Shown here: piece after piece, positions 50,280 to 60,010 of the stretch | Position numbering within the stretch: the first letter of the stretch is position 1 | How the letters are laid out: each line of letters begins with the position of its first letter | DNA from: a bacterium | GTDB lineage: Bacteria; Hinthialibacterota; Hinthialibacteria; Hinthialibacterales; Hinthialibacteraceae | Length of the DNA stretch: 64,000 nt | Assembly (NCBI GenBank): GCA_041946805.1 | Contig: JBHGBC010000009.1 | Coordinates: 1 to 64,000 of the forward strand | Direction: 5' to 3' | Made by a program: the position numbers and the translations under genes | The notes under the pieces: generated by a model | The model's input: the letters and a program-made list of their open reading frames with translations, nothing else | The model's database searches: none | Told to the model about the DNA's origin: nothing

Positions 50280-51302
50280 ATGATCCACAAAGAGACCGCC
50301 CATGATTCCAAGCAGCCCGCCCAGGACCGGACGGTTTATCCGGCGGTGCAGGAGTATTTGAATTATTTGAGATCCACCGGCCGCCGGTCCGCGCACACAT
50401 TGACCAATTACGAGCGCGATCTCCTCTGGCTCATGAAATACCTCGAAGAATCGGGCTACGGTTCTTCGGAAAATCTGCCGGATTTTCCCCTCGGGATCGT
50501 TGACACCCTGGCCTTGCGGGGATTCATCACCTACCTGCTGGACCGGGGCAACTCGGCCCGTTCCATTAACCGCCGCCTTTCCGCCTTGCGTTCCTTTTTC
50601 GATTATTGGGTCCGGCGGGGACGGCTGGACAAGAATCCCACCCATGCCCTTCACTTCCTGAAAGCCCCCAAACGTCTGCCGGTCTTTCTGGATCAGGAGC
50701 GGGCGGGGGAATTGATGGATCACCCGAACGAGACCCTGGTCCATGACCCGGCGTTGTTACTCCGTGACCGCGCCATGCTGGAACTGCTCTATACCACGGG
50801 CATGCGCGTCTCCTCCCTGGCGGGGATCAACCTGAACGATCTCGATCTGCCTCAGCGGTGCGTCCGGATTCTTGCCAAGCGGGGAAAGGATCTTACTCTT
50901 CCGGTGGGTGAAGCCGCCCTGGATGCCTTGAAGCAATACCTGGACGCGCGGCCGGCTCTTCTGAACCGCACCACCCGTTCCACCCATCCCAAGGATCCCA
51001 ACGCGTTGTTTCTCGGCCGTTTCGGTGAGCGCTTGACTTCCCGGGGCATTCAGCTGCGCCTGCGCCGGTACGCTCTTTCCATGGGTTTGGGGAAGACCAC
51101 GCCCCACACTCTGCGCCATTCCTGCGCCACCCATTTGCTCGAGAACGGGGCCGACCTGCGCTTCGTCCAGGAACTGCTGGGACACAGCAGCCTGGCCACC
51201 ACGCAGCAGTACACGCATGTGACTCTTAGCCGCATCCAGGAAGTGTATCAAAAATCCCATCCACGGGCTGCTGATCCCCCGAAATCCCCAAAAAGCAAGT
51301 AG
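50280..51302 (+). CDS. xerC: tyrosine recombinase XerC/XerD
   Basis: SAHTLTNYERDL, RRLSALRSFF, RDRAMLELLYTTGMRVS, TPHTLRHSCATHLLENGADLRFVQELLGH, TTQQYTHV. Confidence 0.88.
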   Translation: MIHKETAHDSKQPAQDRTVYPAVQEYLNYLRSTGRRSAHTLTNYERDLLWLMKYLEESGYGSSENLPDFPLGIVDTLALRGFITYLLDRGNSARSINRRLSALRSFFDYWVRRGRLDKNPTHALHFLKAPKRLPVFLDQERAGELMDHPNETLVHDPALLLRDRAMLELLYTTGMRVSSLAGINLNDLDLPQRCVRILAKRGKDLTLPVGEAALDALKQYLDARPALLNRTTRSTHPKDPNALFLGRFGERLTSRGIQLRLRRYALSMGLGKTTPHTLRHSCATHLLENGADLRFVQELLGHSSLATTQQYTHVTLSRIQEVYQKSHPRAADPPKSPKSK

Positions 51303-51424
51303 GGTGAGTGCGAAGCGCGTGCCCCATTGATCCGCTTATTCCCTCTCCCTCTGGGAGAGAGCCAGGGTGAGGGAAAAGGTGTGCCCCCTTTGATAAGCAG
51401 AGGCACGTGGCCACGCGCCCCTAC
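51299..51424. repeat. REP doublet with nested palindrome
   Basis: GTAGGG at 51299 (overlaps the xerC TAG) ... CCCTCTCCCTCTGGGAGAGAGCCAGGGTGAGGG (51341-51373) ... GGCACGTGGCCACGCGCCCCTAC. Confidence 0.78.
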
Positions 51425-51608
51425 GATCCAATTCACCTGGACCCTGTTTTTGGATCACCGCGGCCCCATGGATGATATCCCTTTGGCGCCTCTCAAAAAA
51501 AATCCCGGCCAGCCATAACCGGCCAATCGCTCTTCTTCGTTATATACTTTGAAGAGAAAGGATTTGAAAACAAACGATTGCCCATCGATCGCTTCGTGAT
51601 CCGGAAGA

Positions 51609-52283
51609 ATGCCGATGAACAACCGACATGAATCTTTTTCGGCCGCAGAAATTCAACTGCCCGGTTGGAAACATAGGGTTCAAAACTGTTTTGCCCGGAC
51701 AGTCGAGATTCTCCTCGTCAGCGGCGTTTTGTTGTTGTCAATTCTGGTCTTTTATCCTTCCTTCGAGCGCTGCCAGCTGCGCAGTCAACTGACCGATTCC
51801 CGAAAGAATCTTCAGAACATCGTCGAGGCGTTGTTGATTTATTCCAGCGACCATCCCGGACACCGGGCCTTTCCGCCGAAATCCACCCCGATGAATCCCG
51901 GCATCGCTCTCTGCCCGATTCTGCCGCCCGAACCGGGCAACCTGGCGTTTCTGACTTCACCGGTGCCGTATCTGCCCACGATGGTCCGGGATCCGTTTTT
52001 GACGCGCATGGCCGAAGATTCGATCCAGACCCCTTTTATTCTACATTGGATCAAATCCGGCGCGATTTCCATCGCCAACCGGGATTCCTTTATCCACCTC
52101 GGCTGGGGCGCGTTTACCGTGGGGCCCTCGTTGGCGTTGCCCGCGTCGTATGACATTGCCATCTTTCAATGGGTGCCGTATGACATCCGCCCGCTCCGGT
52201 ATATTTATTTCAATCCGACCAACGGCCTGCACAGCGGAGGATTTGTATACACGGACAGCCTCGGCAATTCCTCCCCGCTCTGA
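51609..52283 (+). CDS. pilin-like paralog 3 lacking the canonical prepilin cleavage motif
   Basis: N-terminal TM; LTSPVPYL, DPF, TVGP, FNPTNGLHSGG motifs shared with paralogs 1 and 2. Confidence 0.7.
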   Translation: MPMNNRHESFSAAEIQLPGWKHRVQNCFARTVEILLVSGVLLLSILVFYPSFERCQLRSQLTDSRKNLQNIVEALLIYSSDHPGHRAFPPKSTPMNPGIALCPILPPEPGNLAFLTSPVPYLPTMVRDPFLTRMAEDSIQTPFILHWIKSGAISIANRDSFIHLGWGAFTVGPSLALPASYDIAIFQWVPYDIRPLRYIYFNPTNGLHSGGFVYTDSLGNSSPL

Positions 52284-52344
52284 GCGGCCCGCGGGGGAGC
52301 ATCGCCTCTGAAATAATGATCCCGTGTTTTTCGTATATAAAAAT

Positions 52345-52554
52345 GGCTTATCCGGCAAGTGCGTACTTTTTCCCAGATAGCTGATTCGCGTCTCTTTGAA
52401 TTGACCGATGAAAACCACCCCAAAATACCCTCTCCCTCTGGGAGAGGGATCAGGGTGAGGGAATTTTTGTAAGGTCAGACCTTGATGTCCGCCCTTCTTC
52501 AGGGACGAACGGAATCAATTTTGATCAACCTGGTACGCACTTCTCGGATGAACC
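52345..52554 (+). mobile_element. ~210-bp non-autonomous element, copy B
   Basis: TIRs GGCTTATCCGGCAAGTGCGTAC / GTACGCACTTCTCGGATGAACC; same internal module order as copy A. Confidence 0.8.
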
Positions 52555-52651
52555 GTAAAAATGGATCCCCTCCGGATCCTACGCATTGGCGGCGTGGCGA
52601 AGCTATGGTTGAATAGATTCACTTCGGGGCTGGAGGGCAGGAGATAGTTCG

Positions 52652-52879
52652 ATGTGGAGTCATGAAGAGACGGCCGGCCGGTTTAAAATCACCGCCTTGT
52701 GCGTGTTCATTCTGTTATTCGGGATTTTTTTGGGGAAAAATTACACCCCCGTTTCCGTCTGGATCTTTGGCTGGACCCCCGCGGTTCCGTTAATCTTTTT
52801 CGCCCTGTTTTGCTTCTTGGCCGGGATCGTCTGTGGGTGGATCCTGACGGTTCTCTTCCAACGGCGGATGGAATCGTAA
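52652..52879 (+). CDS. LapA (DUF1049)-like small membrane protein
   Basis: TM, then N..PVSVWIFGW..VPL, then TM with F.AG...G pattern; AGGAG SD. Confidence 0.65.
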   Translation: MWSHEETAGRFKITALCVFILLFGIFLGKNYTPVSVWIFGWTPAVPLIFFALFCFLAGIVCGWILTVLFQRRMES

Positions 52880-52904
52880 GAAAGGCTTTCCACTTCCCCG
52901 GAAT

Positions 52905-53237
52905 TCACTGGATGGACGCCACTGCCTTCTCGACGGAATCATACAGGGGAAACATGTTGTCGAGATTGGTGACATGAAAAATCCGGGCCACGTGTTCATT
53001 GGCCTTCGCGAACGCGATGGTCCCGTTTTCCAGGGATTTGTACGCCGCCAGAAAAGTCGCCAGGGCCTTGCTGTTCAGGCTGTCCATCTGTTCGCAGTCC
53101 ACGACGATTTTCTTTTTCCCTTCCCGGACCAGGCGGTGCAACGCGGATTTCAGCGTCGAAACATCCGAAAATGAGATGGAACCCGATACCTTCAAGAGGG
53201 CTACATCACCTTGAATTTTCTTCTCCAACCTCATCAT
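52905..53237 (-). CDS. STAS domain protein (anti-anti-sigma factor-like)
   Basis: LLKVSGSI, KIVVDC..MDSLNS, VARIFHVTNL...FPLYDSVEKA. Confidence 0.85.
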   Translation of the reverse strand: MMRLEKKIQGDVALLKVSGSISFSDVSTLKSALHRLVREGKKKIVVDCEQMDSLNSKALATFLAAYKSLENGTIAFAKANEHVARIFHVTNLDNMFPLYDSVEKAVASIQ

Positions 53238-53495
53238 TTTCGTTCGCCAACCCTTCTGCTTTCGCGCGCTGACGTGGATGGCCGTTCCTCATTTCCAATG
53301 AGCTATTGGATCATATCTGGAGGCGTTTGGCAATAACCAAAGTTCGGGGTGTTGGTTTCTTCCTTTGTCCTCGGGTGATTTTACAGTCCCTCTTTCTGGG
53401 CATCCCCCATTGATGATTCTTGAAAAATCGGGCATCGTTATGCTTGGATGCCTGCCAATTCGCCTGCCGGCGCGAATGATAAAGGAGCGGTCCAG

Positions 53496-56111
53496 ATGTC
53501 CGATCGGTATTCCTGGAAGTTATGGCCGGTTCTGTGGTTAGGCATGGTCCTGACCGCCGCGGGCCAGACGATCCCCGCCCCCGAGGCGGTTCTAGGCTTT
53601 CAACCCGGCGCCGATTTCCGGGTGGCGCGCTGGGAACAAATTGTCGATTATTTTTATAAAATCAGTTCACTTTCCAACCGCGTCCACGTCGAGACCATCG
53701 GCCGGACGACCGAGGACAATCCCTACATCTTGGCAGTGATCGCCTCGCCCCGGGTCATTGACGATCTCGAGACCTATAAGGCCATTCAACGCAAAATCTC
53801 TCATCCAAACGAGATTGCGCCAGGAGAGAAGGACGAACTTCTCGATGACGCCAAGACGGTGGTGCTCATCACCTGCTCGCTGCATTCCAACGAGATCGGC
53901 GCCTCGCAAATGGCCATGGAACTCTTGTATGAACTGGCCACGCGCTACGAAGAACGCGTCCTGGAGATCCTGGATCACGTCATTCTGCTGCTCGTCCCCT
54001 CCGCCAATCCCGATGGCGTCAACAAGGAAATCGACTGGTACGAACAATCCCTCGGGAAACCGTGGGAAGGGCAGGGAATGCCGTGGCTTTACCAGAAATA
54101 CTGTGGGCACGACAACAACCGCGACTGGTTCATGCTCACCCAGAAGGAGACCCAAATCCTCACCCGGGTGCTTTACCAGGAATGGTATCCCTGCGTTCTG
54201 TATGACATCCACCAGATGGGGAACCAGGGCAGCCGCTTTTTTGTTCCCCCCTTCTACGATCCCATCAATCCGAACGTGGATCCCTTGATCCATGAGTCCT
54301 TGAAGATGATCGGCGGGCACATGGCCACGGATCTGGCGGCGGCGGGCAAAACCGGCGTGATCACCAACGCGATCTTCGACAACTGGTGGCAGGGCGGCAA
54401 CCGCACCACCCCTTACCGCCACAACATCATCGGCATTTTGACCGAGGCGGCCAGCCCGCGCTTCGCCTCGCCCCTCTTTCAACCCAAGGAAGAATTGACC
54501 GGCCTGGAACGCGGCCTTCCCCGTTACACGCCCCAGGTCAATTACGCCGCGCCCTGGGAGGGCGGATGGTGGAGGCTGCGGGATGTGGTCGAATACGAAA
54601 AAATCGCCGTCTATTCCCTCCTCACCCTGGCCGCGCGCTACCGGGATCCACTGAACCGCAATTATCTATTTTTGGGGGGAAAAGCCATCCAACTGGGAAA
54701 CGAGGATCCGCCCTGCGCCTACCTGATCCCCCCGGATCAGCATGATTTCCCCACGGCGGTCCGTATGGTCCGGATTCTCCATGAGGGGGGTGTCCAGGTC
54801 TCCCGGGCTGAAAAGCCATTCACCGTGGATGGGACCAATTACCCGGAAGGAACCTATATTATCCATGCCGCGCAGCCCTACCGCAATTACATCCTGGACC
54901 TGCTGGAGCCGCAGCATTATCCGGACCGTTCCCTCTTTCCCGGTGGGCCCGCGGAACCGCCCTACGATGTCGCCGGCTGGACCCTTTCCCTGCAAATGGG
55001 AGTGAACGCCGTCCCCGTGGCTGCACCGTTCACGGTTTCAGCCCGGCCGCTCGATTCGGTCCCCCTGCCTCCCGGACGGATTCAGGGCGAGGGAACCCTG
55101 TTGATCACTCCGAATACCTCCAATCATGATTTCATTGTGCTGAACCGCGCGTGGAAGCAAGGCATCCCGGCTTTTGTGGTACAGTCGGATTGGGCCGGGC
55201 CGGACCGGAAATACCCCGCGGGGTCGCTGGTGTACGCCCCGGACTCGAGCCGGCAGGAGACCTTGGAGGGATGGATCAAGGAACTGGGTCTCACGGCCGG
55301 ACGCATTGCGGTGAATCCCGGCCAATTCCCCGAACAACTGTGCATAAAACCGTTGCGGCAACCCCGCGCCGCCCTGTATCAGCCCTGGACGGCCAATGTG
55401 GACGAAGGCTGGACCCGGTTCGTGCTGGAACAATTTGAATTCGACTACACCACTGTCCACAACGCCGATTTACGGGCCGGAGGACTGCGCCGACGCTTCG
55501 ACACCGTCATTCTACCGGATGTAACCCTGCAGGCCCTCTTGAATGGGAGAGACGCCGCGCTCACCGCGCCCGAATACGCGGGCGGCCTCGGCGAGGAGGG
55601 GATTACCCGTTTGCAGGAATTCGTGGAACAGGGCGGCAGCCTCCTGTGCCTGGATAGTTCCACGGCGTTCGCGATTCGCTTCTTCGATCTGCCCGTCAAA
55701 AATGTGCTGGAGGGCGTGGGACGGGACAAGTTTTATTGCCCGGGATCCATCTTGCGGATCAACTTGGATCCCACCCGGCCGCTCGCGTACGGGATGCGTA
55801 ACCGGGCGGCCGCGTATTTTGTCCATTCCCAGGCGTTTGAAATCACCAACTCCGGCCGCCGGAGCGAGGTGGGTGTCAAGATCGGAACGCCGGTTATAAT
55901 CGCCACCTATGACAAGACCCTGACCCTGCTGAGCGGCTGGATCCGGGGGGAGGAATTGATCCAAGGCCAGGCCGCGGCGGTCTCGGTTCCGTATGGGCAA
56001 GGCCAGGTCATTCTCTACGGTTTCCGGGTGCAACACCGCGCGCAACCGCACGGAACGTTCCGGCTCTTGTTCAATGGTTTGTTGAGCAGCGTGCAGAACG
56101 GGGGGACGTGA
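53496..56111 (+). CDS. secreted M14 family zinc carboxypeptidase with C-terminal class I GATase-like domain
   Basis: Signal peptide; SLHSNEIG (HxxE), NPDG, GHDNNRDW, YDIHQMG, PYDVAGWTL, DEGWTR. Confidence 0.88.
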   Translation: MSDRYSWKLWPVLWLGMVLTAAGQTIPAPEAVLGFQPGADFRVARWEQIVDYFYKISSLSNRVHVETIGRTTEDNPYILAVIASPRVIDDLETYKAIQRKISHPNEIAPGEKDELLDDAKTVVLITCSLHSNEIGASQMAMELLYELATRYEERVLEILDHVILLLVPSANPDGVNKEIDWYEQSLGKPWEGQGMPWLYQKYCGHDNNRDWFMLTQKETQILTRVLYQEWYPCVLYDIHQMGNQGSRFFVPPFYDPINPNVDPLIHESLKMIGGHMATDLAAAGKTGVITNAIFDNWWQGGNRTTPYRHNIIGILTEAASPRFASPLFQPKEELTGLERGLPRYTPQVNYAAPWEGGWWRLRDVVEYEKIAVYSLLTLAARYRDPLNRNYLFLGGKAIQLGNEDPPCAYLIPPDQHDFPTAVRMVRILHEGGVQVSRAEKPFTVDGTNYPEGTYIIHAAQPYRNYILDLLEPQHYPDRSLFPGGPAEPPYDVAGWTLSLQMGVNAVPVAAPFTVSARPLDSVPLPPGRIQGEGTLLITPNTSNHDFIVLNRAWKQGIPAFVVQSDWAGPDRKYPAGSLVYAPDSSRQETLEGWIKELGLTAGRIAVNPGQFPEQLCIKPLRQPRAALYQPWTANVDEGWTRFVLEQFEFDYTTVHNADLRAGGLRRRFDTVILPDVTLQALLNGRDAALTAPEYAGGLGEEGITRLQEFVEQGGSLLCLDSSTAFAIRFFDLPVKNVLEGVGRDKFYCPGSILRINLDPTRPLAYGMRNRAAAYFVHSQAFEITNSGRRSEVGVKIGTPVIIATYDKTLTLLSGWIRGEELIQGQAAAVSVPYGQGQVILYGFRVQHRAQPHGTFRLLFNGLLSSVQNGGT

Positions 56112-56140
56112 GGAACGAGGGATTAACGAGCTTATCAAGG

Positions 56141-56166
56141 AGGGGGCCCGTTGCCATGTGCCCCTA
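56141..56166. repeat. degenerate GTAGGGGCACG-type REP
   Basis: AGGGGGCCCGTTGCCATGTGCCCCTA. Confidence 0.6.
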
Positions 56167-56248
56167 TGGAAGCAGGCCTGGAAAGGTTCTGGTTCCCCGC
56201 GTGCAAAGGGATGACGTTTTTTCGTATTCCGTAATGGTTTCCAGGCAG

Positions 56249-56290
56249 AAAAAACACCGGCCCGTGCTCCCTGCCCGGGCCGGCGTCTTG
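56249..56290 (-). terminator. intrinsic terminator downstream of pfk
   Basis: CCGGCCCG..CGGGCCGG stem next to an A-run on + (U-tract on the minus strand). Confidence 0.65.
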
Positions 56291-56325
56291 GGATTTCAGA
56301 ATGGAATTTCTGGTTCGCGTCCGGA

Positions 56326-57549
56326 TTACATCTTCTCCACCAAGGGCGCGAAGAGGCGGTTCGCTTCCGGCGCGGGACCCATCAGCGGCAGGACATAATG
56401 GCGGAAGGCTTCCGTGACATCATTTCCGGCCGCGGAGATGAATTCATCGGGCATGACCTTGGTCTTGGCGGCGATGTCCTCCAGTTTGGAAAGTCTATAC
56501 TCCACGGCGTAATCGCCCACCCGGTTGATCGTTACCGATCCATCCACGTTGTGCCACAGGGCGTATTGCACCGCTTTTTCACCTACCTCCCGGGCTTCGA
56601 GAGCATCCACGGGCGATACGCATCCCAAAAAGCACCGCTGCGGGTATCCCAGCGTGTCCGCGCGCACCCGCTTGATTTTCAATTCGTTCTTGATCAGGTT
56701 CGAGAGCACATCACCCAGCGCCCCGGTTCCCGACAATTGCGGGTTGCCATGGGCGTCTTTCTCGGAAGTGCCCGTCAAGGAGACGATGACGGGCACTTCC
56801 TTGCCCTGGTTGTCCCGCTCGCTCCAAACGCCTTCCGATACCGCGATGATGCAACGCCCGTATTTTTTATAAACCGCTTCCACGTCCCGCAGGAATTTCT
56901 CCTTGTTGAATTGGCGCTCCGGCAGGTAAATCAGGTGCGGGCCGTCGTCAGGGAAACGGCGGTACGCGGCCGAGGCGGCGGTCAAAAAGCCCGCGTGCCG
57001 GCCCATCACCACCGCAACATACACGCCGGGAAGCGCCCGGTTGTCCAGATTCGCGCCCGCGAAGGCCAGGGCGACATACCGCGCCGCCGACCCATAGCCC
57101 GGGCAATGGTCGGTTACCACCAGGTCGTTGTCGATGGTCTTGGGGATGTGCACGCAACGGCACTCGTAGCCTTCCTGGTCGGCGAACTGGTTGACGATCC
57201 GGCAAGTGTCGGACGAATCGTTCCCACCGATGTAAAAGAAATAGCGGACATCGTATTTCTTGAAGACGTTGAAGATTTTCTGGCAGTATTCCCGGTCCGG
57301 CTTGTCCCGGGTGGAGCCCAGGGCCGCGCCGGGCGTCATGCCCACCTGTTCCAGGTTGTTGGAGGTGGCCTGGGTCAGGTCGACGAATTCTTCCTTGATG
57401 ATGCCGCTCACGCCATGCCGCGCGCCGTACACGTGAGTCACTTGGGGAAACTTACGGCATTCCAGCGCCGCGCCCACCAGGCTTTGGTTGATGACCGCCG
57501 TGGGGCCGCCGCCTTGCGCGATGATTGCCTTGCCTTTCAGCTGTGCCAT
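56326..57549 (-). CDS. pfp: 6-phosphofructokinase, PPi-dependent signature
   Basis: QGGGPTAVIN, IGGNDS (Asp at the Gly/Asp-104 position), PKTIDNDL (Lys-124 type), MGRHAG, YLPE; GGAG SD before ATG 57549. Confidence 0.85.
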   Translation of the reverse strand: MAQLKGKAIIAQGGGPTAVINQSLVGAALECRKFPQVTHVYGARHGVSGIIKEEFVDLTQATSNNLEQVGMTPGAALGSTRDKPDREYCQKIFNVFKKYDVRYFFYIGGNDSSDTCRIVNQFADQEGYECRCVHIPKTIDNDLVVTDHCPGYGSAARYVALAFAGANLDNRALPGVYVAVVMGRHAGFLTAASAAYRRFPDDGPHLIYLPERQFNKEKFLRDVEAVYKKYGRCIIAVSEGVWSERDNQGKEVPVIVSLTGTSEKDAHGNPQLSGTGALGDVLSNLIKNELKIKRVRADTLGYPQRCFLGCVSPVDALEAREVGEKAVQYALWHNVDGSVTINRVGDYAVEYRLSKLEDIAAKTKVMPDEFISAAGNDVTEAFRHYVLPLMGPAPEANRLFAPLVEKM

Positions 57550-57716
57550 GGTTGTACTCCTATCCGTTGAACGATATGGGGCTATGGGATATCGAAATGA
57601 TGGACGTTTGTTCCTTGATACATTTCCTTGGTAGTCGAATGACAAAACCTATACCCGTCACACCATTCCCTCTCCCCCTGGGAGAGAGGAAAACATATCC
57701 AAGACTTTTTTTTCCG

Positions 57717-57925
57717 GGCTCATCCGGCATGTGTGTGTTTTTTTCAGATCGCCGGTTCGCATCTCTTCGCAAGGATCGATAAAAACCACTCCCAAATAAC
57801 CCTCTCCCTCAGGGAGAGGGCCAGGGTGAGGGTATTTTTAGAGGGACGGATCTGGGTGTCCGCCCTCGTACCGGAATGAATGGAATCGATTTTACCTCAT
57901 TATGTTCGCATTTCCCGGATGATCC
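57717..57925 (+). mobile_element. ~210-bp non-autonomous element, copy C (more degenerate)
   Basis: TIRs GGCTCATCCGGCATGTGTGTGT / GTTCGCATTTCCCGGATGATCC; internal CCCTCTCCCTCAGGGAGAGGGCCAGGGTGAGGG, GTGTCCGCCC, AATCGATTTTACCTCATTATG. Confidence 0.75.
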
Positions 57926-58185
57926 TTCTTTCGGATCGGGAAAATCCTTCCGAAGACGAATATATACAAGCCCGGGGTTTTATTCCTCGGAGATTCATTA
58001 TCCAAATTCTCCACAATCCCAGGTTGTACCATATTTATTTCCCCACCCGCAATCAAGGAGCACGGTGTCTCGGAGAGGGCACGGATGTCATACGCTTCTC
58101 CGGCTGATTTCCACGTAAGACCCTTCATCCATTTTTTCATTTGTGCAACAATATAAATCAATCCGGTGGGGAGAAGAGAAGAGAT

Positions 58186-58806
58186 ATGAAGATCCTTTTC
58201 AATCGAATGGGATTCACTCTCATCGAGTTGTTGATTGTCGTGGCGATTATCGGGATCCTGGCCGCCATCGCGGTCCCCAATTTCATGAACGCGCGAATCC
58301 GTGCACAGATCGCCCGGGTGGAGTCGGACCTGAAATCGCTGGCCACCGCCTTGACCATGTACAAGGTGGACAACGGCCACGCTCCCCGGGATAATTTCCC
58401 CAACCACGGCTGGTTCTACTCGTATAGTCTCCTGACCTCGCCGGTGTCTTATATGAGCGCCGTGATCCCCGATGTGTTCCAGGCGGATGACACGCTCCAA
58501 GGCTCCGCGGACCACCGCATCGGCGGCCCCAACGGCCCCTTGACCTACGATTACGGAACGGATGTGTTCCATGGATACACGGGAGCCAACCGGACCCCCA
58601 ACCATGCCTGGTATAAGGCATGGCGGAATTCCGAGTGGAAAATCGGCAGTTGCGGTCCGGATCACAAGTACTTGAATATCGCCCTCCCCGCGGGCGCCGG
58701 GTGGCTGGCGGGATTTTTCTATGATGCTTCAAACGGCCTGACCTCCCCCGGCGATATCTTCCGGGGCGAGGAGTTCTACAGCAAGGATGCCAAGCAACGG
58801 CTGTAA
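58186..58806 (+). CDS. prepilin-type N-terminal cleavage/methylation protein, paralog 2
   Basis: G|FTLIELLIVVAIIGILAAIAVPNF; LTSPVSY, DVF, SCGPD, YDASNGLTSPGDI. Confidence 0.88.
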   Translation: MKILFNRMGFTLIELLIVVAIIGILAAIAVPNFMNARIRAQIARVESDLKSLATALTMYKVDNGHAPRDNFPNHGWFYSYSLLTSPVSYMSAVIPDVFQADDTLQGSADHRIGGPNGPLTYDYGTDVFHGYTGANRTPNHAWYKAWRNSEWKIGSCGPDHKYLNIALPAGAGWLAGFFYDASNGLTSPGDIFRGEEFYSKDAKQRL

Positions 58807-58905
58807 GCCTTCTTTCATCCCTACAGGGGATTCTGCGATTCTCAAGTCTTTTCCATCCTGCCTGAATGTATGTATATCCGAGCGTATGTAGAGAGGAAGA
58901 AACCG

Positions 58906-59208
58906 CCCCCCCTCTAACTCCCCCTGAATGTAAGGGCTGATCTTTACCCAAAATATAAGTGGGTGGGATAGCGTGCCGGCACGTAATCCATCAAATCCAC
59001 AACCTCCCTTTTCTACTCCCTCTCCCTCTGGGAGAGGGCCGGGGTGAGGGGAAAAACCTGGATGAAATGACAATCCTTCGGTTGGCAGCCAAACCTGGCT
59101 AGAGAACGGGAGGGCGAGGCTCCCGTCGAGCCGCTTGGTAATCCAGGCCGATTTATACTATGTCGGTTAAATTTCTTCCTCCGTGTTTTCGGCGTTTCTG
59201 CGATGAAT
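58906..59208. repeat. mosaic of palindromic modules upstream of hisI
   Basis: CCCCCCTCTAACTCCCCC; CCCTCTCCCTCTGGGAGAGGGCCGGGGTGAGGG (59018-59050); GGAGGGCGAGGCTCCCGTCGAGCCG (59109-59133). Confidence 0.8.
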
Positions 59209-59279
59209 GTCACTCTCCCCTCCCGCTTGGATCGATTAAGATACAATACCGCCTCAAAACAATGTACGAGGAGGAATCC

Positions 59280-59762
59280 ATGGATTCGAAGCAATGGTTG
59301 GCCCCCCGGGGTGACAAGCGGCAGATCGAGGAAGGGCTCGATTTCGCGCCAAAGTTCGACCAAGACGGCTTGATTCCCGTCATCACCCAAGACTGCCAAA
59401 CCCACGAAATCCTGATGATGGCCTACATGAACCGGGACGCGCTGATCAAGACCATCGAACTGGGCGAGGCGGTGTATTGGAGCCGCAGCCGCCAGGAACT
59501 CTGGCACAAGGGCGCGACCAGCGGCATGGTGCAAAAAGTCCGGGAAATGCGCACCGACTGCGACCAGGACGCCATCCTGCTGCGGGTGGAGATGGTGGGG
59601 GGGGCTTGCTGCCATGTGGGCTTCCGGTCCTGCTTCTATCGCTCCGTGCCGCTGGCCGGGGAAGCGCTGGCTTCCGCTCCGGACGCAGCGCTGAAACTCA
59701 CGTGCACGGAACGTGAAAAGGTATTCGATCCGGAAAAAGTGTATGGGGATTCCAAAATGTAG
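59280..59762 (+). CDS. hisI: phosphoribosyl-AMP cyclohydrolase
   Basis: [58 protein letters not shown]. Confidence 0.95.
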   Translation: MDSKQWLAPRGDKRQIEEGLDFAPKFDQDGLIPVITQDCQTHEILMMAYMNRDALIKTIELGEAVYWSRSRQELWHKGATSGMVQKVREMRTDCDQDAILLRVEMVGGACCHVGFRSCFYRSVPLAGEALASAPDAALKLTCTEREKVFDPEKVYGDSKM

Positions 59763-59963
59763 GATGGGCGATTGTTGCAGGATGATTTGGCACGATAGCG
59801 CGTATCTCATCAATCCTACCTTCCTTTTGCAATCCCCTCTCCCTCTGGGAGAGGGCCTGGGTGAGGGAAGGGAGGGCGAACCTCCTGGTGAGCCGGATTC
59901 TGGTATTGCGTATACCTGAGTAACTCAATTCCACCCCGATGATCGGGGGAGGTTAGGAGGGGG
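59759..59963. repeat. mosaic of palindromic modules downstream of hisI
   Basis: GTAGGAT..ATCCTAC (59759-59819); CCCTCTCCC..GTGAGGG (59835-59867); GGAGGGCGAACCTCCTGGTGAGCCG (59871-59895); CCCCGATGATCGGGGGAGGTTAGGAGGGGG. Confidence 0.8.
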
Positions 59964-60010
59964 TTGAAATGGCAGGCTGGGCTGAGCGTAACGAAACCTA
60001 CCACTACCAC

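Noticed and set aside
49246..52283. xerC flanked by oppositely oriented pilin-like genes as a shufflon or invertible switch
   Set aside because: No shared nucleotide crossover sites were found, the pilin paralogs differ at most synonymous positions, and the recombinase looks like a housekeeping XerC/D.
57926..58185. Riboswitch in the leader of pilin paralog 2
   Set aside because: Hairpins are present, but I could not match the conserved core of c-di-GMP or other known riboswitches; an Rfam scan would be needed.
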